From a virus (taxonomy: Duplodnaviria > Heunggongvirae > Uroviricota > Caudoviricetes), in IMG/VR virus record IMGVR_UViG_2724679058_000007: a stretch of DNA of 35,236 bases, one strand, 5' to 3'. Shown here piece after piece: positions 25,800-34,850 of this stretch. The notes under the pieces are model-generated. The model was not told where the DNA came from. It worked only from the letters and a program-made list of their open reading frames with translations, and did not search any database. A program made the translations under genes and the position numbers. Position 1 is the stretch's first letter; each line of letters opens with the position of its first letter.

Positions 25800-26570
25800 A
25801 TGAAAGAACAATCTTTACCCATCGTTCCATGGATTGGCGGCAAACGTCGTCTGGCTAAGCATATTCTGCCGCTGTTCCCGGCCCATACCTGCTATGTGGA
25901 GCCGTTCTGTGGGGCCGCTGCGCTCTATTTTCTTAAGACACCCAGCAAGACCGAAGTCATTAACGATATCAACGGGGAACTGGTGAACCTCTATCGGGTG
26001 GTCAAGCATCATCTGGAAGAATTTGTTCGCCAGTTCAAATGGGCGCTGGTCAGCCGTCAGATTTACAAATGGTTGCAGGATACGCCGGAAGAAACTCTCA
26101 CCGACATTCAGCGGGCGGCCCGGTTCTACTACCTGCAGAAACAGGCGTTTGGCGGCAAGGTGGCCGATCACTCGTTCGGAACCTCCACCACAAGTGCGCC
26201 GCGCTTTAACCTCCTGCGCATCGAAGAAGAACTGTCGATGGCACACCTGCGCCTGTCGAGAACGCTGATAGAGCATCTGGACTGGCACCAGTGCATAGAG
26301 CGATATGATCGCCCGCATACGCTGTTCTACTGTGACCCACCATACTGGGGAACAGAGGGCTATGGTGTGGAGTTCGGGCTGGAAAACTATGATCACATGG
26401 CAGATTTAGCGCGAAGGATCAAAGGGAAGATGATTATATCAGTGAACGATATCCCGGAAATGCGGCAGGTATTCAACGGTCTGAACATGCAGTCGGTTGA
26501 TATCAGCTACAACCTTAAGGTAACAGGTAAACCCAGCCCGAAGAAAGAGCTGGTAATTTGTAATTTTTGA
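25800..26570 (+). CDS. dam: DNA adenine (N6) methyltransferase, Dam family, orphan
   Basis: 256 aa; N-terminal PIVPWIGGKRRLAKHILPLFP, AdoMet motif EPFCGAAALYF and catalytic DPPY (FYCDPPYWG); no adjacent restriction enzyme recognised. Confidence 0.8.
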   Translation: MKEQSLPIVPWIGGKRRLAKHILPLFPAHTCYVEPFCGAAALYFLKTPSKTEVINDINGELVNLYRVVKHHLEEFVRQFKWALVSRQIYKWLQDTPEETLTDIQRAARFYYLQKQAFGGKVADHSFGTSTTSAPRFNLLRIEEELSMAHLRLSRTLIEHLDWHQCIERYDRPHTLFYCDPPYWGTEGYGVEFGLENYDHMADLARRIKGKMIISVNDIPEMRQVFNGLNMQSVDISYNLKVTGKPSPKKELVICNF

Positions 26571-26584
26571 AAGAGGTAGTTAAA

Positions 26585-26610
26585 GGTGGTGGTGCATCTG
26601 CAGCACCACC
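26585..26610. terminator. Hairpin terminator between convergent methyltransferase and lipoprotein genes
   Basis: GGTGGTGC atctgca GCACCACC, 8-bp stem; T-rich run follows on the minus strand (ACCTTTAACTACCTCTTT). Confidence 0.5.
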
Positions 26611-26617
26611 TAAACAT

Positions 26618-27151
26618 TTAATCCTGCCTTGGACAAGTCCAATAATCATTATCTGGCTCTGGTGAATAAGCTTTCAAACAACCTGCTCGCGGGGTCTTAC
26701 CATCATCTGTCATAGGAACTTTTTCCTTATCAAGTTTCACGGTCAGGTCTCCACCAGGAACATCCGTTTTATCGAAAAAAACAGCCTGACATGCTGATTT
26801 AGATATTTTCACTTCGTGGGCATTATTTGATATGAACAAATAACAATTATGACCAGAGGCTATGTAGTCACTTGGAATATTATTTTCGTCTTTAATATGA
26901 AACTGCACCGTTGTCACCGGGCGTTCGCTATCCTCGGATACTTCGACTTTTTCAAAACTGTCCGCGTACTTATCCAGGCCGGGGAGTTGTTGGCGAATAA
27001 ACGGTAATTCGCGATTTACAACCGGATTATCTGTTTCAACGCTAAAAACCGCGTGCTCCTTAGCTGTGGTGGACGTATCAGCAGGATCGGTATTATCTCC
27101 ACACCCAGATAAAACAAATATCAACGGTAAAAATAATTTGCGCATAGTCAT
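26618..27151 (-). CDS. Lipoprotein of unknown function, AT-rich moron immediately downstream of the repressor gene
   Basis: MTMRKLFLPLIFVLSGCGDNT: signal peptide with lipobox LSGC; gene visibly more AT-rich than the phage backbone; same strand as the repressor with a 35-nt gap. Confidence 0.7.
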   Translation of the reverse strand: MTMRKLFLPLIFVLSGCGDNTDPADTSTTAKEHAVFSVETDNPVVNRELPFIRQQLPGLDKYADSFEKVEVSEDSERPVTTVQFHIKDENNIPSDYIASGHNCYLFISNNAHEVKISKSACQAVFFDKTDVPGGDLTVKLDKEKVPMTDDGKTPRAGCLKAYSPEPDNDYWTCPRQD

Positions 27152-27186
27152 GTCCTTATACCTCTAATGTTCTTAATAGGAACAGA

Positions 27187-27597
27187 TTAACCCGTATTTT
27201 TTAATCTTTCGAACGCTGCGGACAGCTCCTTAAGCTGTTTTTCCATATCAATCATTCGCTGTTTTTCCTCAGCGCCTCGCAGCAACTCTTTTCGCACCTC
27301 TGGCTCCAGTTGGTTGAGCAGCTCCAATAACTTCAGATCAGACTGGTTGAAATGCTGCTCCTGATTAGCTGGCTGTGCTTTCTCTACCCCAACAGCTTCC
27401 CCTTTACCAGTAAGTAGCCAATCTATTGATATGTTCAAATGGGTGCTTAGCGCAACAAGAGCCTCTGCATTAGGTTCTCTCTCTCCACGCAGATAGTTTT
27501 GAAGTGAGCGATATGGAATTTTTGACAAGTCTGACAATGCCTTAATTGTCAGACCCTTAGCATCCATCGCTTCGCGCAATCTCTCTTTTATACTCAT
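27187..27597 (-). CDS. Phage repressor, XRE-family HTH (c-like)
   Basis: Start taken at MSIKERLREAMDAKGLTIKALSDLSKIPYRSLQNYLRGEREPNAEALVALSTHLNISIDWLL (HTH_XRE pattern); divergent from the Ner-like gene. Confidence 0.75.
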   Translation of the reverse strand: MSIKERLREAMDAKGLTIKALSDLSKIPYRSLQNYLRGEREPNAEALVALSTHLNISIDWLLTGKGEAVGVEKAQPANQEQHFNQSDLKLLELLNQLEPEVRKELLRGAEEKQRMIDMEKQLKELSAAFERLKNTG

Positions 27598-27685
27598 TTG
27601 AACATATCTCAATTTGACATACCCGTTTGGGTGCGTACAATAGACCCAATAGAGTACATCATAACCCAACAGGAACACGGTGCAT
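27598..27685. promoter_or_regulatory. Divergent repressor/early promoter and operator region
   Basis: Plus-strand TTGACA (27614-27619), 16 nt, TACAAT (27636-27641) aimed at the early operon; direct repeats CAATAGA at 27638-27644 and 27647-27653 overlap the -10 region. Confidence 0.55.
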
Positions 27686-27910
27686 ATGAACAAACAACAA
27701 GTTCGGGCACGGCTGGTTGAAAGAGGCAGTAGCTTGCGCCAGTTCGCGCTTAACGCGGGCTATGAGCCACGAACAGTCACCCAGGCTGTCAGCCGCTGGG
27801 CAGGCAAAAGCGAACTTCCACGCGGTCGTTTGACTTATCGGATTTTGCGAGACCTTTCGGTCGCAATAGGCAAAGAAGTTACCCCCGGCATCCTCAAGGA
27901 GGCGTCATGA
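27686..27910 (+). CDS. ner: Ner-like DNA-binding protein
   Basis: MNKQQVRARLVERGSSLRQFALNAGYEPRTVTQAVSRWAGKSELPRGRLTYRILRDLSVAIGKEV; small HTH protein, first gene of the early operon. Confidence 0.7.
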   Translation: MNKQQVRARLVERGSSLRQFALNAGYEPRTVTQAVSRWAGKSELPRGRLTYRILRDLSVAIGKEVTPGILKEAS

Positions 27911-28212
27911 GTAAACCAAATACATCAAGCTCAGGTACCCGTATTTTGCGTGTCCTTAAGGCTTTACGCGGTCACGCTCTGAACGGTGTTTCTAACGGCG
28001 AGCTGGCGTCAGCTCTGGGCGAGTCCCCGGCGAATATCAATCGGGCGCTCAATACCCTTATCGAAGAAGGACTGGCCCTGAAACTGGATAACGGGCGTTT
28101 TGCCCCAGGAGTCCAGCTCTTACAAATCGCCATGGCGCACAGTACCGAAATGGCGCGGGCGCAGGATCGTATCAATGAAATTAACCAGCGTGTTATGGCT
28201 GGTAGTCGCTAA
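27907..28212 (+). CDS. Small winged-helix (IclR-type HTH-like) DNA-binding protein
   Basis: 101 aa; TRILRVLKALRGHALNGVSNGELASALGESPANINRALNTLIEEGLALKLDNGRFAPGVQLLQIAMAH. Confidence 0.5.
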   Translation: MSKPNTSSSGTRILRVLKALRGHALNGVSNGELASALGESPANINRALNTLIEEGLALKLDNGRFAPGVQLLQIAMAHSTEMARAQDRINEINQRVMAGSR

Positions 28213-28221
28213 GGAGTTGAA

Positions 28222-29133
28222 ATGGGACGCACAAAATCACAACCAGTTGAACTAGTGGAAGATGCACCGCTGACCGATGGTCTCAGTGTCAGTCTTAATG
28301 CTATGTCCGAACATCGCCTCGAAATCATGCAGCAGTTTGGTGATGGGCTGCCGTATGAACGCGATCGTATTGTTCATGAAACACGTTTTTACATGGCTCA
28401 GAGTGCAGAAGCCATGCTAGAGGCGGGTAAGCGACTGGTAATTCTCAAGGAGAATGAACCTCACGGCGATTTTATAAATATTCTCGAAAATGACCTCGGC
28501 CTTGAGCCGCGCGTCGCACGCCGCATGATGCAGGCCAGTGTGAAATTTTTGGGTAATGGCGATCAAAATTCAAAACGGACAGCGCTGACCGTTTTAGGTA
28601 AGACCAAGTTATATGAACTGATGGTTCTGGATGACGAAGAACTCGACGCATTAGCTGATGGTGGAACCGTCGCCGGGGCAACGCTTGATGATATTGATCG
28701 CATGACAAGCCGCGAACTGAAGGCTGCCCTACGCGAAGCCCGCGAAACCAACGCAGCACAACAGCGCGTGCTCGCCGACAAAAACGAAAAAATCGACTCT
28801 CTCTCCACCAAACTGGAGAAGAAATCCCGTATCCAGCCGCCCAAGCCTGACGAAGAGGTGAAGAAGCTGCGTGCGGAAGTTACAGCGTTAGCGGTTGAGG
28901 CAGAATCTGCCATCGCCGTTCGACTGTCCAGCGCCTTTGAGACCCTGTGCGCATACTGTGCTGAAAATATGATTGATACCCCCAGAGACTTTATGGCCGG
29001 TCTGGTCTGCCAGCTGGAAAGCACCGCGCGTAGCCTGCGCTCCACATTTGACCTGCCGGACGAGCCGACAGGCAACGCCGCCCCTTCATGGCTGACTGAC
29101 CCGACGCCAGAGATTAACGGGCAGGAGGCATAA
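28222..29133 (+). CDS. Hypothetical early protein (303 aa)
   Basis: ORF with GGAG upstream of the ATG; central coiled-coil/acidic region; sits directly upstream of the transposase. Confidence 0.5.
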   Translation: MGRTKSQPVELVEDAPLTDGLSVSLNAMSEHRLEIMQQFGDGLPYERDRIVHETRFYMAQSAEAMLEAGKRLVILKENEPHGDFINILENDLGLEPRVARRMMQASVKFLGNGDQNSKRTALTVLGKTKLYELMVLDDEELDALADGGTVAGATLDDIDRMTSRELKAALREARETNAAQQRVLADKNEKIDSLSTKLEKKSRIQPPKPDEEVKKLRAEVTALAVEAESAIAVRLSSAFETLCAYCAENMIDTPRDFMAGLVCQLESTARSLRSTFDLPDEPTGNAAPSWLTDPTPEINGQEA

Positions 29134-29136
29134 CCC

Positions 29137-30906
29137 ATGAGTGCCGCCCTGACTGAACGACTGGTTTATGTTGCCCGCGCGGCACGTGACGCGGGGCATG
29201 GTAAGCGTGGTGCGATATATGATGCCGCCTGCGCCGAACTGGGCATTTCCCGCGCCACCCTGCTGCGCAAGCTGAAGGAGGTATCAGTGACTGACAAACG
29301 TAAAAAACGCGCCGATGCCGGGCGCAGTGCTCTGAGCCGCGACGAAGCCGCGCTGATATCTGCCACGCTGCGCGAGGCCACCCGTAAGAACGGTAAGCGC
29401 CTGTATTCCATCGCGGATGCGGTGGAGACCCTGCGGTCAAACGGCTTTATCACTGCTGGCAGAACGGACGAGGCCACAGGCGAGTTTTTCCCGCTTTCCG
29501 AGGACACTATCAGCCGCGCCCTGCGGAACTATGGTTTGCACCCGGAACAGCTTGACGCACCGGCTCCGTCATCCGAGATGGCCAGCCTGCATCCCAATCA
29601 CGTCTGGGAGATTGATGCCTCACTTTGTACGCTTTACTACCTGAGCAACGGTCATAAAGGGCTGCAGGTGATGGACAGCGCTAAGTTCTACAAGAACAAG
29701 CCTGCCAACATCGCCCGCATCGCCAGTGACCGCGTGTGGAGTTATGAGATTACCGACCATACCAGCGGCTGGATTTACGTTGAATACGTGATGGGCGCGG
29801 AGTCCGGTGAGAACCTCTGTTCTGTTCTTATTAACGCCATGCAGGAACGCGGCGGCGCTGACGTGCTGCACGGCGTGCCCAAAATACTCTACCTCGACCC
29901 CGGCTCGGCGAACACCGCTGGCATGACGAAAAACATGTGCCGCTCGCTGGGCATCAATCTGATAGCGCACAAGCCGCATAACGCCCGCGCCACCGGGCAG
30001 GTGGAAAAGGCCCGTGACATTATCGAACGCAAACTGGAGCCAGGTCTCAAATTCCAGCCGGTTCATAGCCTGGACGAACTGAACGCGCTGGCGGTGAAAT
30101 GGCGCAGCCACTTTAACGCCACGGCGGTCCACAGCCGCCACGGTAAAACCCGCACGGATATCTGGCTGAAGATTACTGCTGACCAGCTGAAAAAAGCGCC
30201 ATCCGTTGAGGTTTGCCGCGAACTGGCGGTGGCCGCACCTGAACTCCGCAAGGTTACGTCAAAACTGCGCGTCTCGTTCCGGGGCAATGAGTTTGACGTT
30301 TCGACGGTACCGGGCGTACTGGTCGGCGAAAAACTGATGATTACCCGTAACCCGTGGCGCAACGATGTGGCGCAGGTGGTACTGACCGGTGAGGACGGGC
30401 ACGAGACGTTCTTCCTGGTCGAAGAGGTCAGAAAGAACGAGTTCGGCTTTGCCGAAAGCGCGGCGGTATTTGGCGAAAACTACAAAGCCCTGCCAGAGAC
30501 CCCGGCGCAGACGGCGGCAAAAGAAATCGAAGAGCTGGTCACGGGCACCGATAACGCCGCCGATGCAGCTGCTGCACGCAAGGCGAAGGCGCTGCCGTTC
30601 GGCGGGCGACTTGACCCTTACAAACATATCGACGACACCACGCTTCCGGCCTATATGCCGAAGCGCGGTCAGGCTTCAGACGTGCGCGGGCCGCGTATTG
30701 AGCAGCGTCCTATGACTCATGTGGAGGCGGCGAAAGCCCTGCGCGAGAAGTTCAGCGCTAACGGCCATACCTGGACGCCGGAACATTACCGCCAGTTAAC
30801 GGCGCAGTACCCGGATGGCGTACCGGAAGCTGCGCTGGATGAGGTCATGGTCGCCCTGACCACTCCGGCCCGCAACAGCGTTATCAGCATCGTTAACGGT
30901 AACTGA
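29137..30906 (+). CDS. DDE transposase (Mu A-like function, integrase-core/rve-type fold)
   Basis: 589 aa; N-terminal HTH-like region; core begins HPNHVWEIDASLCTLYYL with later KILYLDPGSANTA, typical of DDE integrase-core transposases; followed by a MuB-like ATPase. Confidence 0.8.
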   Translation: MSAALTERLVYVARAARDAGHGKRGAIYDAACAELGISRATLLRKLKEVSVTDKRKKRADAGRSALSRDEAALISATLREATRKNGKRLYSIADAVETLRSNGFITAGRTDEATGEFFPLSEDTISRALRNYGLHPEQLDAPAPSSEMASLHPNHVWEIDASLCTLYYLSNGHKGLQVMDSAKFYKNKPANIARIASDRVWSYEITDHTSGWIYVEYVMGAESGENLCSVLINAMQERGGADVLHGVPKILYLDPGSANTAGMTKNMCRSLGINLIAHKPHNARATGQVEKARDIIERKLEPGLKFQPVHSLDELNALAVKWRSHFNATAVHSRHGKTRTDIWLKITADQLKKAPSVEVCRELAVAAPELRKVTSKLRVSFRGNEFDVSTVPGVLVGEKLMITRNPWRNDVAQVVLTGEDGHETFFLVEEVRKNEFGFAESAAVFGENYKALPETPAQTAAKEIEELVTGTDNAADAAAARKAKALPFGGRLDPYKHIDDTTLPAYMPKRGQASDVRGPRIEQRPMTHVEAAKALREKFSANGHTWTPEHYRQLTAQYPDGVPEAALDEVMVALTTPARNSVISIVNGN

Positions 30907-30916
30907 GGAGGAAGGC

Positions 30917-32083
30917 ATGCTGGTACTGAAGCAACAACTGAAAGAGGCCCGCATCCCGCAGGCGGTGGTGGCAAGAGCTGTCGCCGTTTCCGAGGCCACG
31001 CTGGCCCAGATTGTGAACCATAACGAGTGGCCCCGCACCAGCCCGGAAGAAGTGCGCCAGCGTCTGGCGTCCTGGCTGGAAAGTCAGGGGATTGATACAG
31101 AGAAGAGTTTTGATGCTGCACAGGGCGCAGCCACGCCCCGTACAGCGGGTACTACCGATAAAACCAACCTCAGTGAGGAAGAGAACATGTTACTCAAAAA
31201 GCAGGTGTTATTTCCAGCGACCAAAAAAGCGTTTGGCCTTTTCCGTGACCCGTTCGCCGATGAAGCCATGCAGGGCGCGGACGATGTGTTCACCACGCCG
31301 GATATCCGCTACGTGCGTGAGGCACTGTTCCAGACCGCCCGTCATGGTGGCTTTCTGGCGGTTATCGGCGAGTCCGGTGCGGGTAAATCCACGCTGCGCC
31401 GCGACCTGATTGAACGCGTCAACCGCGAGAACGCGCCGGTGATTGTAATCGAGCCATACATCATCGCCATGGAAGACAACGACGTGAAGGGCAAAACTCT
31501 CAAGGCGGCAGCTATCGCCGAGGCCATCATCAGCACCATCGCGCCACTGGAGAGCATCAAACGCAGCCAGGACGCCCGCTTCCGACAGTTGCACCGCGTC
31601 CTGAAGGACAGCAGCCAGGCGGGTTTTAGCCACGTTCTGGTGATTGAGGAGGCCCACAGTCTGCCCATCCCGACGCTGAAGCACCTCAAACGCTTCTTTG
31701 AGCTGGAATCCGGCTTCAAAAAACTGCTGTCCATCGTGCTGATTGGCCAGCCTGAGCTGGCGGACAAACTGTCCGAACGCAACATGGAAGTCCGTGAGGT
31801 CGTCCAGCGCTGCGAGGTGGTTGAACTGCTGCCGCTGGACAACAGCCTCGAAGAGTTTCTGACGTTCAAACTGCAACGTGCCGGTAAGCAGCTGGCCGAC
31901 ATCATGGACGCCAGCGCAGTGGAAGCCATCCGTGCTCGCCTGAGCAATCTGGGCAGCAACCGTAAAAGCATGGTCAGCCTGCTGTATCCGCTGGCCGTCA
32001 GTAACCTGGTGATAGCCGCCATGAATCTGGCTGCTGAAATCGGGGTTCCGCAGGTCAACGCCGACGTCGTTAAAGGGGTTTAA
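30917..32083 (+). CDS. Transposition ATPase (Mu B-like AAA+ protein)
   Basis: 388 aa; strong RBS GAGGAGG before the ATG; Walker A GESGAGKST; N-terminal HTH-like segment. Confidence 0.75.
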   Translation: MLVLKQQLKEARIPQAVVARAVAVSEATLAQIVNHNEWPRTSPEEVRQRLASWLESQGIDTEKSFDAAQGAATPRTAGTTDKTNLSEEENMLLKKQVLFPATKKAFGLFRDPFADEAMQGADDVFTTPDIRYVREALFQTARHGGFLAVIGESGAGKSTLRRDLIERVNRENAPVIVIEPYIIAMEDNDVKGKTLKAAAIAEAIISTIAPLESIKRSQDARFRQLHRVLKDSSQAGFSHVLVIEEAHSLPIPTLKHLKRFFELESGFKKLLSIVLIGQPELADKLSERNMEVREVVQRCEVVELLPLDNSLEEFLTFKLQRAGKQLADIMDASAVEAIRARLSNLGSNRKSMVSLLYPLAVSNLVIAAMNLAAEIGVPQVNADVVKGV

Positions 32084-32085
32084 TC

Positions 32086-32355
32086 ATGAAATCCATCGCC
32101 GATATCAACCAGCAGATGAACAAGGTGCAGTCCGCCATTATGGCGCTCAACGCCATGAACACCACCGTGCAGAGCGTCATGATTGCGGGCAGTAAGCCGG
32201 TTATCCGTATCGCCCGCAACGGGCACTGTGCCCGCCTGCTGGAGCAGGGCAAAGCGAGTTATACCCATGTTGGTCATGACGGTTCAGGGCGCTTTCGTCA
32301 GGGCGTCTTTGAGTTGCATGGCTGCCGTATTACCTGGTCAGAGTCATTACATTAA
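32086..32355 (+). CDS. Hypothetical protein (89 aa)
   Basis: ORF with AAAGGGG upstream; no family recognised. Confidence 0.4.
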   Translation: MKSIADINQQMNKVQSAIMALNAMNTTVQSVMIAGSKPVIRIARNGHCARLLEQGKASYTHVGHDGSGRFRQGVFELHGCRITWSESLH

Positions 32356-32372
32356 CCACAAGGTGAACAGAG

Positions 32373-32984
32373 ATGAGCGAAGTAAATAAAGAAGACTACA
32401 TGAAAGACCGCAAGGGGCGTCTGGTGCCGGTTGACCAGGTGTCTGACTATGACCTTGCGATGGATTCTTTCGTTAAAGAACAGGTTGCCGCCGCGAAAGT
32501 TAAACGCGATGAACTCAGCGACTTCAAGCGTCGTGCCTTTGACGAGTGCTATGCCTGGCTTGACCTTGTGGCCGAGAAGTACGGCAGAACGCGTGGCGGT
32601 GCCAAAGGCAACGTGACCTTCAGCAGCTTCGACGGTGCTCAGCAGATCACCATCCGCGTGCAGGAAACCCTGACCTTCGGGCCAGAGCTGCAGATTGCCA
32701 AAGACCTGATAGACGAGTGCGTCACCGAGTGGTCGGAAGGCGCGAACGCCAACCTGCGGGCCATCATTAGCGATGCTTTTCAGGTGGACAAAGAGGGCCA
32801 GCTTAATACCGGGCGTATTCTTTCCCTGCGCCGCGTCAAGATTCAGGACGAGCGCTGGAACCGGGCAATGGAGGCCATATCGGAATCACTGCAGGTGGCA
32901 ATGTCCAAAACCTATATTAATTTCCGGGAGAAAGATAAACACGGGAAGCTAATTAATATTCCGTTAGATATCGCTGCCATTTAA
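32373..32984 (+). CDS. Mu-like prophage early protein (DUF3164-like)
   Basis: 203 aa, MSEVNKEDYMKDRKGRLVPVDQVSDYDLAMDSFVKEQVAAAKVKRDELSDFKRRAFDECYAWLDLVAEKYG; position after the B-like gene. Confidence 0.5.
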   Translation: MSEVNKEDYMKDRKGRLVPVDQVSDYDLAMDSFVKEQVAAAKVKRDELSDFKRRAFDECYAWLDLVAEKYGRTRGGAKGNVTFSSFDGAQQITIRVQETLTFGPELQIAKDLIDECVTEWSEGANANLRAIISDAFQVDKEGQLNTGRILSLRRVKIQDERWNRAMEAISESLQVAMSKTYINFREKDKHGKLINIPLDIAAI

Positions 32985-33062
32985 TTTTAATTCAATTTCT
33001 TTTTATTTCGGCGTCAGCGCCGTGGGCTTCTGCACGCCGAAAACAGTATTGAGGAATAAATC

Positions 33063-33251
33063 ATGTCCATCAAATGTTCCAACTGTAAGAAAGGTATCAC
33101 CACCCTGAAGTTCAGCGACGCCAGCGTCATCGCCTCTGGCAAATACCATGTGCCAGCCGTCCTCATCACGCTGGTATGCCCTCACTGCAGCCAGCATTAC
33201 TACACCGAAGTCCCGACCATGGAGTTCATCCCCTGCGAGGCAACAAAATGA
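33063..33251 (+). CDS. Small zinc-ribbon protein
   Basis: 62 aa with two Cys pairs (CSNCKKG ... CPHCSQH). Confidence 0.45.
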   Translation: MSIKCSNCKKGITTLKFSDASVIASGKYHVPAVLITLVCPHCSQHYYTEVPTMEFIPCEATK

Positions 33252-33544
33252 AAGGCATGAAATTATATAACCGTTCGACGATCTACAATCTGGCCCTGAA
33301 AACCTTTGGTCCTGAAGCACAGGCGCTGAAGCTGATGGAGGAAGCCTCCGAGCTGGCCGCAGCTGCCGCCCGCAACATGAACGGACTGGGCAATGAAGTT
33401 GATCTGGCTGGCGAACTCGCTGACGTTGAAATCATGATTGAACAGTTCCGCCTTAACGGGATGGGCCTGATGATTGATTTTCATAAACAGAAAAAGCTGG
33501 AACGCCTTGCCGAACGCCTGGGGGTGACTTATGCCGCAGAATAA
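33248..33544 (+). CDS. Possible MazG-like nucleotide pyrophosphohydrolase
   Basis: Start at MKGMKLYN (ATGA overlap with upstream stop); LMEEASELAAAAARN and LAGELADVEIMIEQF resemble MazG-like EExxE/ELADV helices. Confidence 0.4.
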   Translation: MKGMKLYNRSTIYNLALKTFGPEAQALKLMEEASELAAAAARNMNGLGNEVDLAGELADVEIMIEQFRLNGMGLMIDFHKQKKLERLAERLGVTYAAE

Positions 33545-34220
33545 TGAAAAGCTGCTGGAGAAGTTAAAAAAGCTACTTGCGCTGGCTAAATCCGATAACC
33601 CCCATGAAGCGGCACTGGCACTGCAACGCGCCCAGAAACTGATGCAGGCCTATAACATCACCCAGGCTGACCTCGCACTCAGTGATATTGATGAAAGCGT
33701 CAGTAACTACTGGGCAGCAGGTAGCGTTAATCCGCCGCGTTACATGCTGGGTCTGCTGGACATTATCCAGGTGGCATTTGGCGTTAAGTCTATTATTCAC
33801 TCCGGCTTTAAACCCAGCGTTGGCTTTTACGGTAATAAAGACCGGGTTGAACTGGCCTCATATACATGGGAGGTACTGGCCAGACAATTAATCATGGCCC
33901 GTAAAAACTATATTCGACAGCAGAATAAAAGGATCAAAAACACGACCAAGACCAGCCGTGGTGACAAATTTGCCGAAGGGTGGGTTCTGGCCGTGCGTAG
34001 CGAGGTTCATTTATTTGCTATGTCCCGCGAAGAACGGGAGCTGGCAAGCCTCTGGCTTGAACAAAAATACCCTGATTCAGGAACAACCTCTGGCCGCAAA
34101 GCCGGTAAATCCCGTGACGCGGACATGTCCCGCCACATCGGTTACAGAGAGGGAGAAAACGTCCGCCTGCATCAGCCTGTCAGCGGGCAGGAACAGCGGA
34201 AGCTGGGGAGTGGCTTATGA
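33531..34220 (+). CDS. DUF2786-like phage protein
   Basis: N-terminus LLEKLKKLLALAKSDNPHEAALALQRAQKLMQAYNIT matches the characteristic start of this family as I recall it. Confidence 0.5.
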   Translation: MPQNNEKLLEKLKKLLALAKSDNPHEAALALQRAQKLMQAYNITQADLALSDIDESVSNYWAAGSVNPPRYMLGLLDIIQVAFGVKSIIHSGFKPSVGFYGNKDRVELASYTWEVLARQLIMARKNYIRQQNKRIKNTTKTSRGDKFAEGWVLAVRSEVHLFAMSREERELASLWLEQKYPDSGTTSGRKAGKSRDADMSRHIGYREGENVRLHQPVSGQEQRKLGSGL

Positions 34221-34432
34221 TGGCTGAATCTATTGTATGTTCCCTGTTCTGGTATGGTCTCGTGGGGTGGTGTACCGCTGAACTGCATCGCCGCTCAGGG
34301 TTTTACTCACGTTACAGCGGTGCCGGACACTGGATCAGTTGGGCCGTTATGTTCCTGTGCTGGCCTGTAGCGCTTCCTTTATATGTCGATTATATCGGTG
34401 GCGCAGGTAAAAGGAGTGGCGATGATGACTAG
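34217..34432 (+). CDS. Small membrane protein
   Basis: 71 aa with two hydrophobic helices (IVCSLFWYGLVGWCTA, ISWAVMFLCWPVALPLYV). Confidence 0.4.
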   Translation: MMAESIVCSLFWYGLVGWCTAELHRRSGFYSRYSGAGHWISWAVMFLCWPVALPLYVDYIGGAGKRSGDDD

Positions 34433-34850
34433 GCAGCGTTTTATTCAACTCATCCATATTGCCCGCAATGACCTCCAGATGGATGAGGATACCTACCGCC
34501 AGATGCTACAGGGGCTGACCGGCAAAGCCTCAACCAAAGGGATGGATACCACACAACTAAACCGCGTGCTGGACTCCATGAAAAAGAAAGGCTTTCGCAT
34601 TAAGTCTGCCGGGAAAGCCAGGCCCGGCTTACCGCTGGATAGCCATCCGCAGTCAAAGAAAATCCGTGCGCTATGGCTTGAAATGGCTACGGCAGGCGTC
34701 GTCCGAGACAGTTCAGAGCAGGCGCTGGCGCTATGGGTTAAACGGGAAACGGGCATCAGCGCGTTACGCTGGCTCAGCAATGAGCAAGCAAGTAGCGTGA
34801 TTGAGAAACTGAAGAAGTGGCAGCGCAGAGCTGCGGGGGTGAAGCAATGA
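34422..34850 (+). CDS. gemA: GemA-like protein (Mu gp16 family)
   Basis: Start at ATGATG with AAGGAG 6 nt upstream; MMTRQRFIQLIHIARNDLQMDEDTYRQMLQGLTGKASTKGMDTTQLNRVLDSMKKKGF. Confidence 0.6.
   Translation: MMTRQRFIQLIHIARNDLQMDEDTYRQMLQGLTGKASTKGMDTTQLNRVLDSMKKKGFRIKSAGKARPGLPLDSHPQSKKIRALWLEMATAGVVRDSSEQALALWVKRETGISALRWLSNEQASSVIEKLKKWQRRAAGVKQ

Noticed and set aside
33003-33320. 105-aa minus-strand ORF across the spacer and zinc-ribbon gene
   Set aside because: Antisense to two tightly coupled plus-strand genes with good starts; likely spurious.
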